The notes: generated by a model from the sequence alone, not told the origin. Shown: positions 1-10,102, numbered from the stretch's first letter. The stretch: 64,000 nucleotides of DNA from Aquabacterium sp. (GCF_041915145.1 NZ_JAYSBZ010000003.1:5831-69830), one strand, 5' to 3'. A program made the numbers and translations.

Positions 1-2
1 CG

Positions 3-1739
<1,737 letters not shown>

Positions 1740-1755
1740 GATCGCGCCCCGTCAG

Positions 1756-1761
1756 TCAGGA
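1756..1761. repeat. Target-site duplication copy (TCAGGA), glmS-proximal
   Basis: TCAGGA lies immediately outside the left TIR and the identical hexamer lies at 15973..15978. This fits a 5-bp Tn7-type duplication with 1 bp of positional ambiguity. Confidence 0.75.
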
Positions 1762-1790
1762 TGTTCCTTGCCAATAAAGTCGTAGACAGC
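1762..1790 (+). repeat. Terminal inverted repeat, glmS-proximal (Tn7R-like) end
   Basis: A 29-bp sequence matching the reverse complement of 15944..15972 at 27/29 positions. It begins with TGT. Confidence 0.9.
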
Positions 1791-1830
1791 GCAATATAGA
1801 GTCGTATACGCCGCAATTAAGTCGTAGACA
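1778..1830 (+). repeat. Three phased direct copies of AGTCGTA(G/T)AC(A/G), putative transposase-binding sites
   Basis: Copies start at 1778 (AGTCGTAGACA), 1800 (AGTCGTATACG) and 1820 (AGTCGTAGACA), spaced 22 and 20 bp apart. Each is preceded by a GC(C)AAT-type motif. Confidence 0.85.
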
Positions 1831-2081
1831 CGGACAGTGCCTCAACCCGCGCCGAAACTTGCTGGTAGCCTACTGCAGAGGGACATCAAAGGTTGGATGC
1901 ACGGGGCGACCGCTTGGCAGCGAAAGAGGGCCTCCCTGAGCCGCACTGCGAAAGTCGGTCGCCCTCGGAGGCTGATATCGAGCGTACTAGAGCCGCGACG
2001 CGAACCTTTTGACAGCACACATGAGCCATTACCGGAGAGCGAGAAACCGCTCAACTGAATGGTTTGCTCGGAGATCGCCGC

Positions 2082-2678
2082 TCAGTGATGTGGTGGGCTA
2101 ATAACGGCGCCGTAATCCTCCGGCAGAGGAGGAGGCACAAGGCGCGCTTCGCTCTGCGCTCGCGCCGTTTTTTCGGCGGCCTCGCGCTTGGCTGTAGCTA
2201 CTACTAGGTCAGCCCGTAGATGATGCAGCGACAGCATGCCCTCGAAGAGTCCGACCATCTTCACTAGGACGAAGGTCACGCTACCCGCGATGAAAAAGGT
2301 AACTATCGCCGACCAGCTGACGTTGATGAACCAGCGATGCATGAACAGCGGCTTAGCGTCAATCACCACAGATTTGAGCGCGGAACCAACGATTACGACC
2401 ACCAAGGCCCCGATGGTTACCCAAAGTAGACCCATCCAGTAGCGCTGCTGGCGGGTGAGCGATTTGGTGAGGCGTTCGGCTTCGTTGACGGTCAACTTGT
2501 CCGACTGAAGGAAGTTTGCCGTGATCGGCATAACTTGCACCAGCGCAGCCGCCAGGAACCCCAAGAAGGCAATGAGACCTTCTTTCATGTCCGACCAGAA
2601 CGACAAGGGCGTCCAATTGGCCGCGGCGACGCCAAGCAGCAGCGGAGCGATTACTCCCATTAGCTTCATTGGCTTCAT
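2082..2678 (-). CDS. Multi-pass membrane protein, unknown family
   Basis: A 198-aa ORF with several hydrophobic helices (VIAPLLLGVAAA, LIAFLGFLAAALVQV, LLWVTIGALVVVIVGSAL, AIVTFFIAGSVTFVLV) and a charged C-terminal tail. It is the last gene of the minus-strand operon and looks lower in GC than the backbone. Confidence 0.7.
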   Translation of the reverse strand: MKPMKLMGVIAPLLLGVAAANWTPLSFWSDMKEGLIAFLGFLAAALVQVMPITANFLQSDKLTVNEAERLTKSLTRQQRYWMGLLWVTIGALVVVIVGSALKSVVIDAKPLFMHRWFINVSWSAIVTFFIAGSVTFVLVKMVGLFEGMLSLHHLRADLVVATAKREAAEKTARAQSEARLVPPPLPEDYGAVISPPHH

Positions 2679-2744
2679 TGGTGGCTCCTTGTCGATTTCG
2701 CTCGTTCGCAGTCATGATGTCTCATGACTGGCTCGCAGTGTGAG

Positions 2745-4168
2745 CTACTGGGCGACCTCTTGAATTTTCCCATTTCCAACGAATGTGCTGTAGGCCTCAA
2801 ACATGGCTCGAAGCACGTCCGTGGGGTCGAGCAGCGAGCCCACGATTTGGCTGTCACCTTCTTGTGCACGCAACAGGCGGATATCCGCATCTCGCCCAAT
2901 CTCCTTGATGCGCGACTTCACTTCCTTGTCGTTGATCTTGTCGAAGCCAGCGAACACGGCATCGTCACCGCTGTGCTCTTCTTCCAGCTCGGTCATCGCT
3001 GCCAGCGTGCTTTCCAGCTCGGCATTCAGCCGGTCCAGCTCGGCCTGCTCGGCGGCGAAGTGGTGTTGCACCAGCAGCGCCTTGGGCACCAGGTCGCAGG
3101 CCCAGCCTTTGTCCACGGTCTTGCCGGGTGAGCCGTCCTTGTTCTTCTTGGTCTCCAGCACGCGGTAGGGCGTGGCCCTCCAGCCGTCTTCGGCGATCAG
3201 GTAAGTGTCGTCCTGCATCGTCTCGGCCCAGTAGTCCATCAGGTGCTGGTAGATGGCGTAGGGATCGATCAGCTTCTCAGCGGTGGGCTGGTGCTCGTAG
3301 TGGGCCAGCAGGCCCTCGGCACCTTTGATCAGGTCTTTCGGCTGGAAGCTGCCCTTGTCCAGCGACTTCAGGCGCTCCACGGCTGACGCGCGCCATTGGT
3401 CGAAGTGCGCGTTCATGGCCTCTGTGAAGGCCTGGAACTCTGGGTGCTGGTGGATGGTGGGCTTGATGGCCGCCGGCGCGACGGCCAAGTCCAGATAGCC
3501 CGGCCGACGAGGCTTGAAAAGGGCCGCTCGCAACTGCGGGCACACCGCCCAGTAGCGGGCCAGTGCCTGCACGTCCGCCTCCGGGATGCCACCGTTCAGG
3601 TGGGCGTCGATGTCCTGCTGGTCTTCCGGCGTGCTGCTGTCGATGTAGCGCGGCAGGTTCAGGTTGAAGTCGTTCTTTTCGATCTCTTCCAGCCCCACCA
3701 TACGGGCGTAGCGCGGGTCGCTGCCGTCCAGCGTCGTGAAGGCATCGACGATGCGGTGGATGTCGCGCTCGCGCAGCCGGTTCTTGGGGCCGTCCTTCAT
3801 GAAGCCTTGCGCGGCATCTATCATGAAGATGCCCTTGCGGGCGGCAGCGCCGGCCTTGTCGATGACGAGGATGCAGGCCGGGATGCCGGTGCCGTAGAAC
3901 AGGTTGGCCGGTAGGCCGATGATGGCCTGGATGAGGCCACGCCGCACCAGGCTCTTGCGGATCTCGGCCTCGGCATTGCCACGGAACAGCACGCCGTGCG
4001 GCAGGATGCAGGCAGCCCGGCCGGTGCTCTTGAGCGAGCGGACAATGTGCAGCAGGTACCAGAGCCATGCTCGTCGCGGATGCACTGGGCTACGAGTGAA
4101 GACAAGTGCTGCGTATCGATGGACTTGATGACTGCTGCTTCGGCTTGGGGGACATTCAGAGTACCCAT
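2745..4168 (-). pseudogene. hsdM: Type I R-M methyltransferase (HsdM-like) remnant: only the C-terminal half plus a long C-terminal extension; N-terminal catalytic part missing and a frame change near the 5' end
   Basis: Frame B (2745..4085) reads AWLWYLLHIVRSLKSTGRAACILPHGVLFRGNAEAEIRKSLV...IIGLPANLFYGTGIPACILVIDK...NDFNLNLPRYIDS, typical of the post-NPPF part of N6-adenine MTases. I found no FxGxG or NPPF/NPPY motif anywhere upstream. An SD-preceded ATG at 4168 opens a different frame (MGTLNVPQAEAAVIKSID...) that overlaps frame B. Frame B itself has only a GTG start, at 4085. Confidence 0.65.
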
Positions 4169-4229
4169 CGTTTCAACTCCTGTTCGCTGCGCTTTGATCT
4201 TTCGAGTCCGTCTGGTCAGAGCCAGGATT

Positions 4230-4724
4230 TCAGCCAGGAGACCACCGCTGAAGGCGGGCCATCACCTCTGCGCGCGGCAATCGCCGTCGTGGGTGGTTCC
4301 ATATGCGCGAGAGACCCTCATGCAACGTGGCCACGCCAACCGCGCCGGAGGCTTCCATCTGATCGAGGATCCACAGCAGCCCATAGACCGTGCAATGGCG
4401 GGCTTGCGCCTCATTGCGCAGAAGCATGTCCCCTGAAACCAGCGCATGATCCTGACGTCGGGCGCAACTGAGGGCGAAGCAGTCCGGCAACGACAAGCCT
4501 GGCCGCTGCTTGCGAACCTGTTGGGCGTAGTCCACCTCATCCGGGTTGAGAGCCACTACGCCCAGGCCAAGTCGCCGCAGCAGGGGGCCGTTCTCGGATT
4601 CAAGCTCGCGCTGATACAGCAGGTCTGGAACAACCATCGTCAGACCGCATGCGAAGGCCTGCTCCAGGAGCCCGCCTCGCTCCAGGTCGATCAAGACAGA
4701 GGTGTCTGAGACCAGGATGATCAT
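4230..4724 (-). CDS. PIN-domain nuclease-like protein
   Basis: The N-terminus is MIILVSDTSVLIDLERGG (PIN motif with the first Asp), with further conserved-looking acidic positions in LSLPDCFAL and LVSGDMLLR. The start is 6 nt after the stop of the upstream XRE-ImmA gene. Confidence 0.75.
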   Translation of the reverse strand: MIILVSDTSVLIDLERGGLLEQAFACGLTMVVPDLLYQRELESENGPLLRRLGLGVVALNPDEVDYAQQVRKQRPGLSLPDCFALSCARRQDHALVSGDMLLRNEAQARHCTVYGLLWILDQMEASGAVGVATLHEGLSRIWNHPRRRLPRAEVMARLQRWSPG

Positions 4725-4730
4725 GATCGG

Positions 4731-5798
4731 TCAGGCGAATTGACCCATCAGCCGACGATCCAGCTCGCGAACGCTGATGTTCAGTAGCTCTGCAGCTCGT
4801 GCCTCCGAAATCGCGCCCTCGGCAACGGCTCGCATGCAAAGGCGCTCCATCCGTAGTGGTACCTCCGCCTTGAGCGTGCCCGGTTCATTGGACGCTTGAC
4901 TGTTCCACCCCATGTCCTTGATCTGCGCCCACAGGCGCCCGTACACCGCTTTGGTGATGATCCCAAGCTGGGCGCATCGCACAACCAGCGATGCAATGCT
5001 GACCTTGAACAGCTTCTTCAGCTCGGCCAGCTCGCCGATGGAAATGGAGGTACGGTGGGGCCCGAGCAGCCGGAGAACCATATCCTTGGCCATCAAGAAG
5101 GCCCCAGCAAACCGATCGGCGGCCTTCTCTTGCTCGGCGTCGGTAAGACCACTGAAGCGAAGCACCAAGTGGGCAAGCTCGTGGGCCAGCGTAAACCGTT
5201 GGCGCTCCCCGTTGTGCCCTTGGTTTACTACGATCACTGGCACGTCTTGGCGTTCAGGGCGTTGAACGAAGGCCTTGGATCCGGACACGTTTTCCGGCAG
5301 GTCTAAGGCGATCACCTTGACGCCCTTGTCCTCAAGCAACTCGGCCATGAACGGGATCGGGTCAATGCCAAGCTTCCATAGCCGGCGCAAGGCGTCGGCT
5401 GCCTGCTCGGCGTCCTCGATGCTGCCAATTTCGAAAGCTTGGTTGTCCGGCGCAACCCAGAGCTGTTCCACACCGGGCAGTAGCTCCTCCAGCTCCAAGT
5501 AGCGCTCGACCTGGTCCAGTACGGATGCTTCCACGGCACGCTCCTCCTTGGCGCCGGCATGGGGCGCCTTCCGAAAGTCCACGCCCGTCAGCTCGATCTC
5601 GCGCTCACTCAACAGGTACTCAGGCGACACCTGCAAGGCCTTGGCCATCGCCAGCAGGATGGTGGAGCTCGGCATCATTTCGTCGCGCTCATACTTGCCG
5701 ATGGCCTGAGCCGAGACCTGCCCCTGGATGGCGGCCTCCAGTTCGCGCAGCGACAACCCGAGGGCCTCTCGCGCCCTCTTAAGTCGGTTTCCGATCAT
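4731..5798 (-). CDS. XRE-family HTH fused to an ImmA/IrrE-type zinc metallopeptidase
   Basis: It has an N-terminal HTH (IGNRLKRAREALGLSLRELEAAIQGQVSAQAIGKYERDE) and an HEXXH motif (FTLAHELAHLVL) in the central domain. I set the start at ATG 5798, which is preceded by GGAGAG. ORF-track entry 4731..5840 is the longer version. Confidence 0.85.
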   Translation of the reverse strand: MIGNRLKRAREALGLSLRELEAAIQGQVSAQAIGKYERDEMMPSSTILLAMAKALQVSPEYLLSEREIELTGVDFRKAPHAGAKEERAVEASVLDQVERYLELEELLPGVEQLWVAPDNQAFEIGSIEDAEQAADALRRLWKLGIDPIPFMAELLEDKGVKVIALDLPENVSGSKAFVQRPERQDVPVIVVNQGHNGERQRFTLAHELAHLVLRFSGLTDAEQEKAADRFAGAFLMAKDMVLRLLGPHRTSISIGELAELKKLFKVSIASLVVRCAQLGIITKAVYGRLWAQIKDMGWNSQASNEPGTLKAEVPLRMERLCMRAVAEGAISEARAAELLNISVRELDRRLMGQFA

Positions 5799-5891
5799 GG
5801 TGCTCTCCGCGGTGTTTGGTTTACAACTTGACGGCTCCAATTGTAGTTTGTAAACTTCCTCCCGTCAACTTCTTCGAACTGGAGGTTCGTG
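5799..5891. promoter_or_regulatory. Divergent control region with nested inverted repeats (candidate XRE operator)
   Basis: GTTTACAA (5819..5826) pairs with TTGTAAAC (5848..5855), and TTGACGG (5828..5834) pairs with CCGTCAA (5862..5868). An AACTT motif recurs 3-4 times. The region lies between the divergent XRE-ImmA and DUF2188-like genes. Confidence 0.5.
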
Positions 5892-6125
5892 ATGGCCAAC
5901 CGGAAAAACGTTCACATCGTTCAGCGCGAAAACGGCTGGGGCGCCCTCCGCGAGGGTGGGCAGCGCGCGACCCAGGTGTACGACACCCAGGCGCAGGCGA
6001 TCCAGGCTGGCCGGCAGATGGCACGCCAGGGTCAGGGCGAGCTGCTGATCCACGGCCAGGACGGGCGCATCCGGGCGCGTGACTCCTACGGAAACGACCC
6101 CTGCCCTCCGAAGGACAGCAAATGA
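5892..6125 (+). CDS. DUF2188-like small protein
   Basis: The sequence MANRKNVHIVQRENGWGALREGGQRATQVYDTQAQAIQAGRQMARQGQGELLIHGQDGRIRARDSYGNDPCPPKD matches my recollection of the DUF2188 pattern (HV.....GW......., IH..DG.I.....YG.DP.PP.D). GGAGG lies 6 nt upstream of ATG 5892. Confidence 0.7.
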   Translation: MANRKNVHIVQRENGWGALREGGQRATQVYDTQAQAIQAGRQMARQGQGELLIHGQDGRIRARDSYGNDPCPPKDSK

Positions 6126-6343
6126 TCAAGTTCGACATCAAGATGCCCAGCGCTGCCGATCTCATGCGCGCGGCAATGGCAGAGGTTGAGAGCGACATCA
6201 CCAAGAGGGCCCAAAGCGCGGCGGAACCGCACGGCGGCGTGACGGTGAGGTTCGAACGAAGTGCTGAGGGTGCAATCAGCGCCGTCAACTTCCAAGGGTC
6301 CGAGGCTGCCGTCGAGGCAGCCAGGGCTGCGATCGCCGACTGA
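6122..6343 (+). CDS. Hypothetical protein (73 aa)
   Basis: It has an ATGA start/stop overlap with the preceding gene and high-GC third positions. No family recognised. Confidence 0.55.
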   Translation: MIKFDIKMPSAADLMRAAMAEVESDITKRAQSAAEPHGGVTVRFERSAEGAISAVNFQGSEAAVEAARAAIAD

Positions 6344-6357
6344 AGCGGGCGCAGGAA

Positions 6358-6639
6358 ATGAGCGGCTGGCTTGAAGAGTTCTGGATAGTGCTCTGCCACT
6401 CAAGTAGGACACAGCTTGCGATCGCCTCCGGCCTGTTCTTCTTTGTCGGCATCTTGCTGATGGGGCAGGTTTTCGTCGGCAGTCTTGAGTTGCATGGTCC
6501 TTTGGCGGCACTCACCGGCGTTGTCCGGGAGAAGCTCATGCACCGTTACGACAAGGCGGCCTGGGCAGCGCTTGCCAGTTTCGGGCTGCTTGCCGTCAAG
6601 ACTTACCGCAAGGATCGCCGCCACCTTCTCGGGGCCTGA
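6358..6639 (+). CDS. Small membrane protein (about 2 TM)
   Basis: AGGA lies upstream of ATG 6358. Hydrophobic segments are LAIASGLFFFVGILLMGQVFV and AAWAALASFGLLAV. Confidence 0.5.
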   Translation: MSGWLEEFWIVLCHSSRTQLAIASGLFFFVGILLMGQVFVGSLELHGPLAALTGVVREKLMHRYDKAAWAALASFGLLAVKTYRKDRRHLLGA

Positions 6640-6670
6640 CAACCAGCAAACAATCACAAAGGGAGATCTC

Positions 6671-7033
6671 ATGGCCTGCGCAGCTGAACACGCCGCCTTC
6701 AATTTCGTCGCGGTTATGGCCGCAACCGCCGCTGTGCAACAGCACAACGGGCGCCCCGTCGAGGGGTCTGCACTTGCCATGGGGGCGGCAGCAGCGCTGC
6801 TGCCCTCACTTCCTGATGTCTTGGAGCCTGCGATCCATCCGAATCACCGCCGGTTCTTTCACAGTTTGACGTTCGCCATTGCAGTCGGATATGGCCTCCA
6901 CAGGGCGTATAAGTGGGAGGCGCAGGAGCCGTGGGAGCAGTTGGCTAGGATGGTAGCGCTGGTGGCCGGCGCTGCGTATCTGGCGCATCTGGCGCGCGAT
7001 GCATTCACCGCCCGTTCCTTGCCATTGGTTTGA
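6671..7033 (+). CDS. Short membrane protein with a YdjM/DUF457-like metal-hydrolase motif
   Basis: GGGAG lies upstream of ATG 6671. The motif LPDVLEPAIHPNHRRFFHSLTFA resembles the D...H..HR..THS signature of DUF457. The protein is 120 aa, shorter than typical family members. Confidence 0.4.
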   Translation: MACAAEHAAFNFVAVMAATAAVQQHNGRPVEGSALAMGAAAALLPSLPDVLEPAIHPNHRRFFHSLTFAIAVGYGLHRAYKWEAQEPWEQLARMVALVAGAAYLAHLARDAFTARSLPLV

Positions 7034-7090
7034 TCGTTGCTGACCTTCAGGAAAGTTGGCGGCTGCTTCTGACCCAAATAGGAAGTGATC

Positions 7091-7936
7091 ATGGAGTTTG
7101 GCACGTCTTCCATTTCGTTTGTCCGTCGCGGGTTTCGTTGGATTTACGGCGTGGTCGAAAAGATCATGTGCCAGCGGGCCTACGAGATCTCCACGCTCTA
7201 TCACGACCATCGTGAACTGGTTGAGACAAAGCCGCGTCCATTGGGTGAGCATGTCGGCTACCGACTCTACTGGCAGGAGTTTCTCCAGGGACAGCGGCAA
7301 CTGGCACCGACGATCGAAGTGTGCGCCATAGGCAAATCACGGCTCTCCAAGGTCGTCATCGCGGTCACAGCGTCGAATGACATGGTTTGCTTTCAGAATG
7401 AGGTGGTGATGCGGCATGTGGACACACGGCGGCATCGCGCGCCACTCTCGTCAATACCCTTCCGGCGACCGAGAATCGATGGCGGACTGGTCTATACGCC
7501 CTACGATGAATTTCATATCGAACTCATTGAGGTACTCGACGAACGCGGTGGGTGCATAACACCAAGATGGTCGACAAAAGATGTAATCCACCCGATGGAC
7601 CGACTTGAGGTCGCGCTCGGGCAAGAGCGTGATTTCGTCGAAAAATGGGGGCAAACCTACAACCTGAGCTTCCTTGAGATGGAAATTCGGGAAGAGGCTG
7701 TTCGAATGTTTGCCTGGTCTTTCCGCAAATCCCATGTCCTGCGCCTGCTCCTGCGTCCTCTTCAGAGCCACACTATGGCGAAGGCCATCTTTTGGAGTAG
7801 GAACGCACTGCGTGCAGCCCCGCTTGAACGCGCATTCATTCGTCACATCGAAGAGTACAGAGACTATCTGGCGCGACAAGCTGATCGCAGCATGACGCCT
7901 CTCGCTGAAACCGTGGCTGAAACGAATATGTCATGA
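7091..7936 (+). CDS. Hypothetical protein (281 aa), translationally coupled to jetA
   Basis: AGGAAG lies 7 nt upstream of ATG 7091. Its stop TGA (7934..7936) overlaps the jetA ATG (7933..7935) as ATGA. No domain recognised by eye, and it looks lower in GC than the jet genes. Confidence 0.65.
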   Translation: MEFGTSSISFVRRGFRWIYGVVEKIMCQRAYEISTLYHDHRELVETKPRPLGEHVGYRLYWQEFLQGQRQLAPTIEVCAIGKSRLSKVVIAVTASNDMVCFQNEVVMRHVDTRRHRAPLSSIPFRRPRIDGGLVYTPYDEFHIELIEVLDERGGCITPRWSTKDVIHPMDRLEVALGQERDFVEKWGQTYNLSFLEMEIREEAVRMFAWSFRKSHVLRLLLRPLQSHTMAKAIFWSRNALRAAPLERAFIRHIEEYRDYLARQADRSMTPLAETVAETNMS

Positions 7937-9369
7937 CCACGGCATTCTTCATCGGTAAGCGGGAACAATTTTTCCGACCGCTGACCCATGGCGACCGCGA
8001 GTGTTGCGCTGCCGTTCTGCGCAGTCTGTACGACCGCGTGCAAGGCCCGAATGCGGACTACTCCGAGGCGCTGACCCGTGATCTGGTGTTGACCATCGTC
8101 TTTCAGGTCCTGGCTGATCCATCCCTGAGAGCTGTCGTGTTCGAGCCAGGTCGCACGGTATCGGCCGAGGATGAGCGGACCTATGCGGGTGAACTGTTAC
8201 GCAAGCTGAAGGAGCATGGCTGGATCGAGGACTACAAGGACCCGATCGACCTCAAGCCCACGCTGAAGATGACGCGGGCCGGCAAGGAGGTGTCCGAGGT
8301 CCTGTCTAACCTCGACAACTCCCGGGCCCGCACCCGCCAGAGGAACATGCGGTCCGCGAAGAAGGCTCTCGCCGCGTTCGTCGCCAGCCAGGACGTGGAC
8401 GAACTGCTCGATGGCTACGACTTTGCCGCGCGGGTGGTGCAAGACCTGCAGGACGACATCGAGTACTTCCGCCTGCTCATCCAAAGCCTGACGCGCGAGG
8501 CCCTGGAACAGAAGGTCGCGTGGAGCGAATTCAACGAGTTCATCGAGAAGCGCTTTGCCAAGGAATATGCGGTCCGCCTCGTGGCCGACTCTGCGGAGCG
8601 GCACCGCGGACAGATCGTGGAGCTGCTGGACCAGATCCGGTTGATGCCGGAGGCGGCACGCCTGGGCGTGGATGCCAACCTGCTGCAGCGCGCGTCGTGG
8701 CTGGAGGCGCAGGTGCAGTCTCGCAGCCCCACCCTGTGGCTGTGTGATCGTATGGAAAGCATGGTCGAAGCCGCTTGCAACCTGAAGTTGCCCATGCTGC
8801 GGTCCGAGATGAACAACTATGTCCGGCGGTTCACCAGCTTGCTGCGGCAGGCGCTTTCCCTGGACTACAGCGCGACATCACCGCTGGGTCGGGCGATGAG
8901 CTTGCTGAAAGAACAGCCGCAACCGGAGCGCGAAGATTTCCTGGATGCCCTGGCGGCCCGATTGGGGACGGCAGAGCTGAGACTGCCCGGCGCCGCGTTG
9001 CGTTGGACGGTGCGCGACCGCGAGGCCGAACACGGCCCGCTTGCTCCCCTGATCGTGGACGAGGCCAGTCGTATCGAGGCAGCCATGCGCCGGGCCGAAG
9101 CCGAAGCCTTTGCCTTCAGCGACCAGGAAGTGCTGGCTGGATTGCTGCCCCATCTGCGCGACGGACGGGTGTCCCTGGACCAACTGCCCATCAACAATGC
9201 AGTCGAGGCGGTGCGTGTCATGCATGCCGTGGGTGCTGCTCGCTCCAGCGAGGGGAAGCGTTTCCTGAAGGCCCGCAAGAAGGCAGAGGTGTTCGATACG
9301 CCGTACTTCTCCGCAGACAACTTCGAGCTGGAAGCCGATCTGTCGGCGCTGGCCCGTGGTGACACTTGA
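7933..9369 (+). CDS. jetA: Wadjet JetA (kleisin-like subunit)
   Basis: A 478-aa protein, first of four overlapping genes whose sizes (478/248/1225/404 aa) and order match jetABCD. It has no enzymatic motif, as expected for JetA. The call rests on operon context. Confidence 0.7.
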   Translation: MTTAFFIGKREQFFRPLTHGDRECCAAVLRSLYDRVQGPNADYSEALTRDLVLTIVFQVLADPSLRAVVFEPGRTVSAEDERTYAGELLRKLKEHGWIEDYKDPIDLKPTLKMTRAGKEVSEVLSNLDNSRARTRQRNMRSAKKALAAFVASQDVDELLDGYDFAARVVQDLQDDIEYFRLLIQSLTREALEQKVAWSEFNEFIEKRFAKEYAVRLVADSAERHRGQIVELLDQIRLMPEAARLGVDANLLQRASWLEAQVQSRSPTLWLCDRMESMVEAACNLKLPMLRSEMNNYVRRFTSLLRQALSLDYSATSPLGRAMSLLKEQPQPEREDFLDALAARLGTAELRLPGAALRWTVRDREAEHGPLAPLIVDEASRIEAAMRRAEAEAFAFSDQEVLAGLLPHLRDGRVSLDQLPINNAVEAVRVMHAVGAARSSEGKRFLKARKKAEVFDTPYFSADNFELEADLSALARGDT

Positions 9370-10102
9370 TTGGCCGATCCACATGCTGCTATCTCTCCAA
9401 CAGGTCATCGAAGAGCGGCTGAAGACCGAAGGCGCAGGCAACGTCAAGTCGGACCGGTTCGCCGAGCTCGCGGGGCGGCTGATGGCCTCGGGTGTCTTGT
9501 GGCGAGACTATTCCCGCCCCGAGTCTGAGCTGTATGACGACGCCGCACAGTGCGAGCAACTGCTGCGCGAGTACTTCTCAACGATCGGCTTCGTCCTGAC
9601 GCACGATGCCGACGCGACGATATTCCGCCTGTATCCGCCCGGCGAAGGGGGTGACGGCGACGAGGACGGCGTGAAGCGGCTGAAGGCGCGGCTGTCGCGT
9701 GACTTTGTGGCCGCGGCCATTGCCCTGCGCTTCCTGTACACCGAGGCGCTGACCGGCAAGCGTGAGCTGATCAATGAAGTGCTGGTGATCAGTCTGGAGG
9801 AGCTTTCCCAGTCGGTCGTATCGCTGTTGGCGCACCAGCTTCCGTCTTCGGTGGCCGACCGCCTCTCGCTGCTGAGAGACCTGCGCAAGCACCGCATCGT
9901 GCGCTTCAACGATGGTGAAGGTGCCGGCGGCATGGAGATGCTTCTGAGCGTTCTTCGGCCCGTGATGAGCTACGTGAGCGACGAGGCGCTGGAGGATGCG
10001 CTCGCGCTGGCCGCGCAAGCCGTTGCGGGGCGCGCGAAACGTGGACAGTCCGCGGAGACCCGGACTGACGCACCCGAGGTGCCGGCGGAGGAGAGCCGAT
10101 GA
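9356..10102 (+). CDS. jetB: Wadjet JetB (KITE-like subunit)
   Basis: A roughly 240-250-aa acidic protein between jetA and jetC. Its stop overlaps the jetC start (ATGA at 10099). The start is uncertain: GTG 9356, overlapping the jetA end, or ATG 9383. Confidence 0.7.
   Translation: MVTLDWPIHMLLSLQQVIEERLKTEGAGNVKSDRFAELAGRLMASGVLWRDYSRPESELYDDAAQCEQLLREYFSTIGFVLTHDADATIFRLYPPGEGGDGDEDGVKRLKARLSRDFVAAAIALRFLYTEALTGKRELINEVLVISLEELSQSVVSLLAHQLPSSVADRLSLLRDLRKHRIVRFNDGEGAGGMEMLLSVLRPVMSYVSDEALEDALALAAQAVAGRAKRGQSAETRTDAPEVPAEESR

Noticed and set aside
1837-2058. Overlapping 73-aa and 70-aa ORFs just inside the glmS-proximal transposon end.
   Set aside because: They overlap each other on opposite strands, have no SD or motifs, and sit in what is more likely end or regulatory DNA of the element. 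I cannot exclude a small RNA or peptide, but there is no positive evidence.
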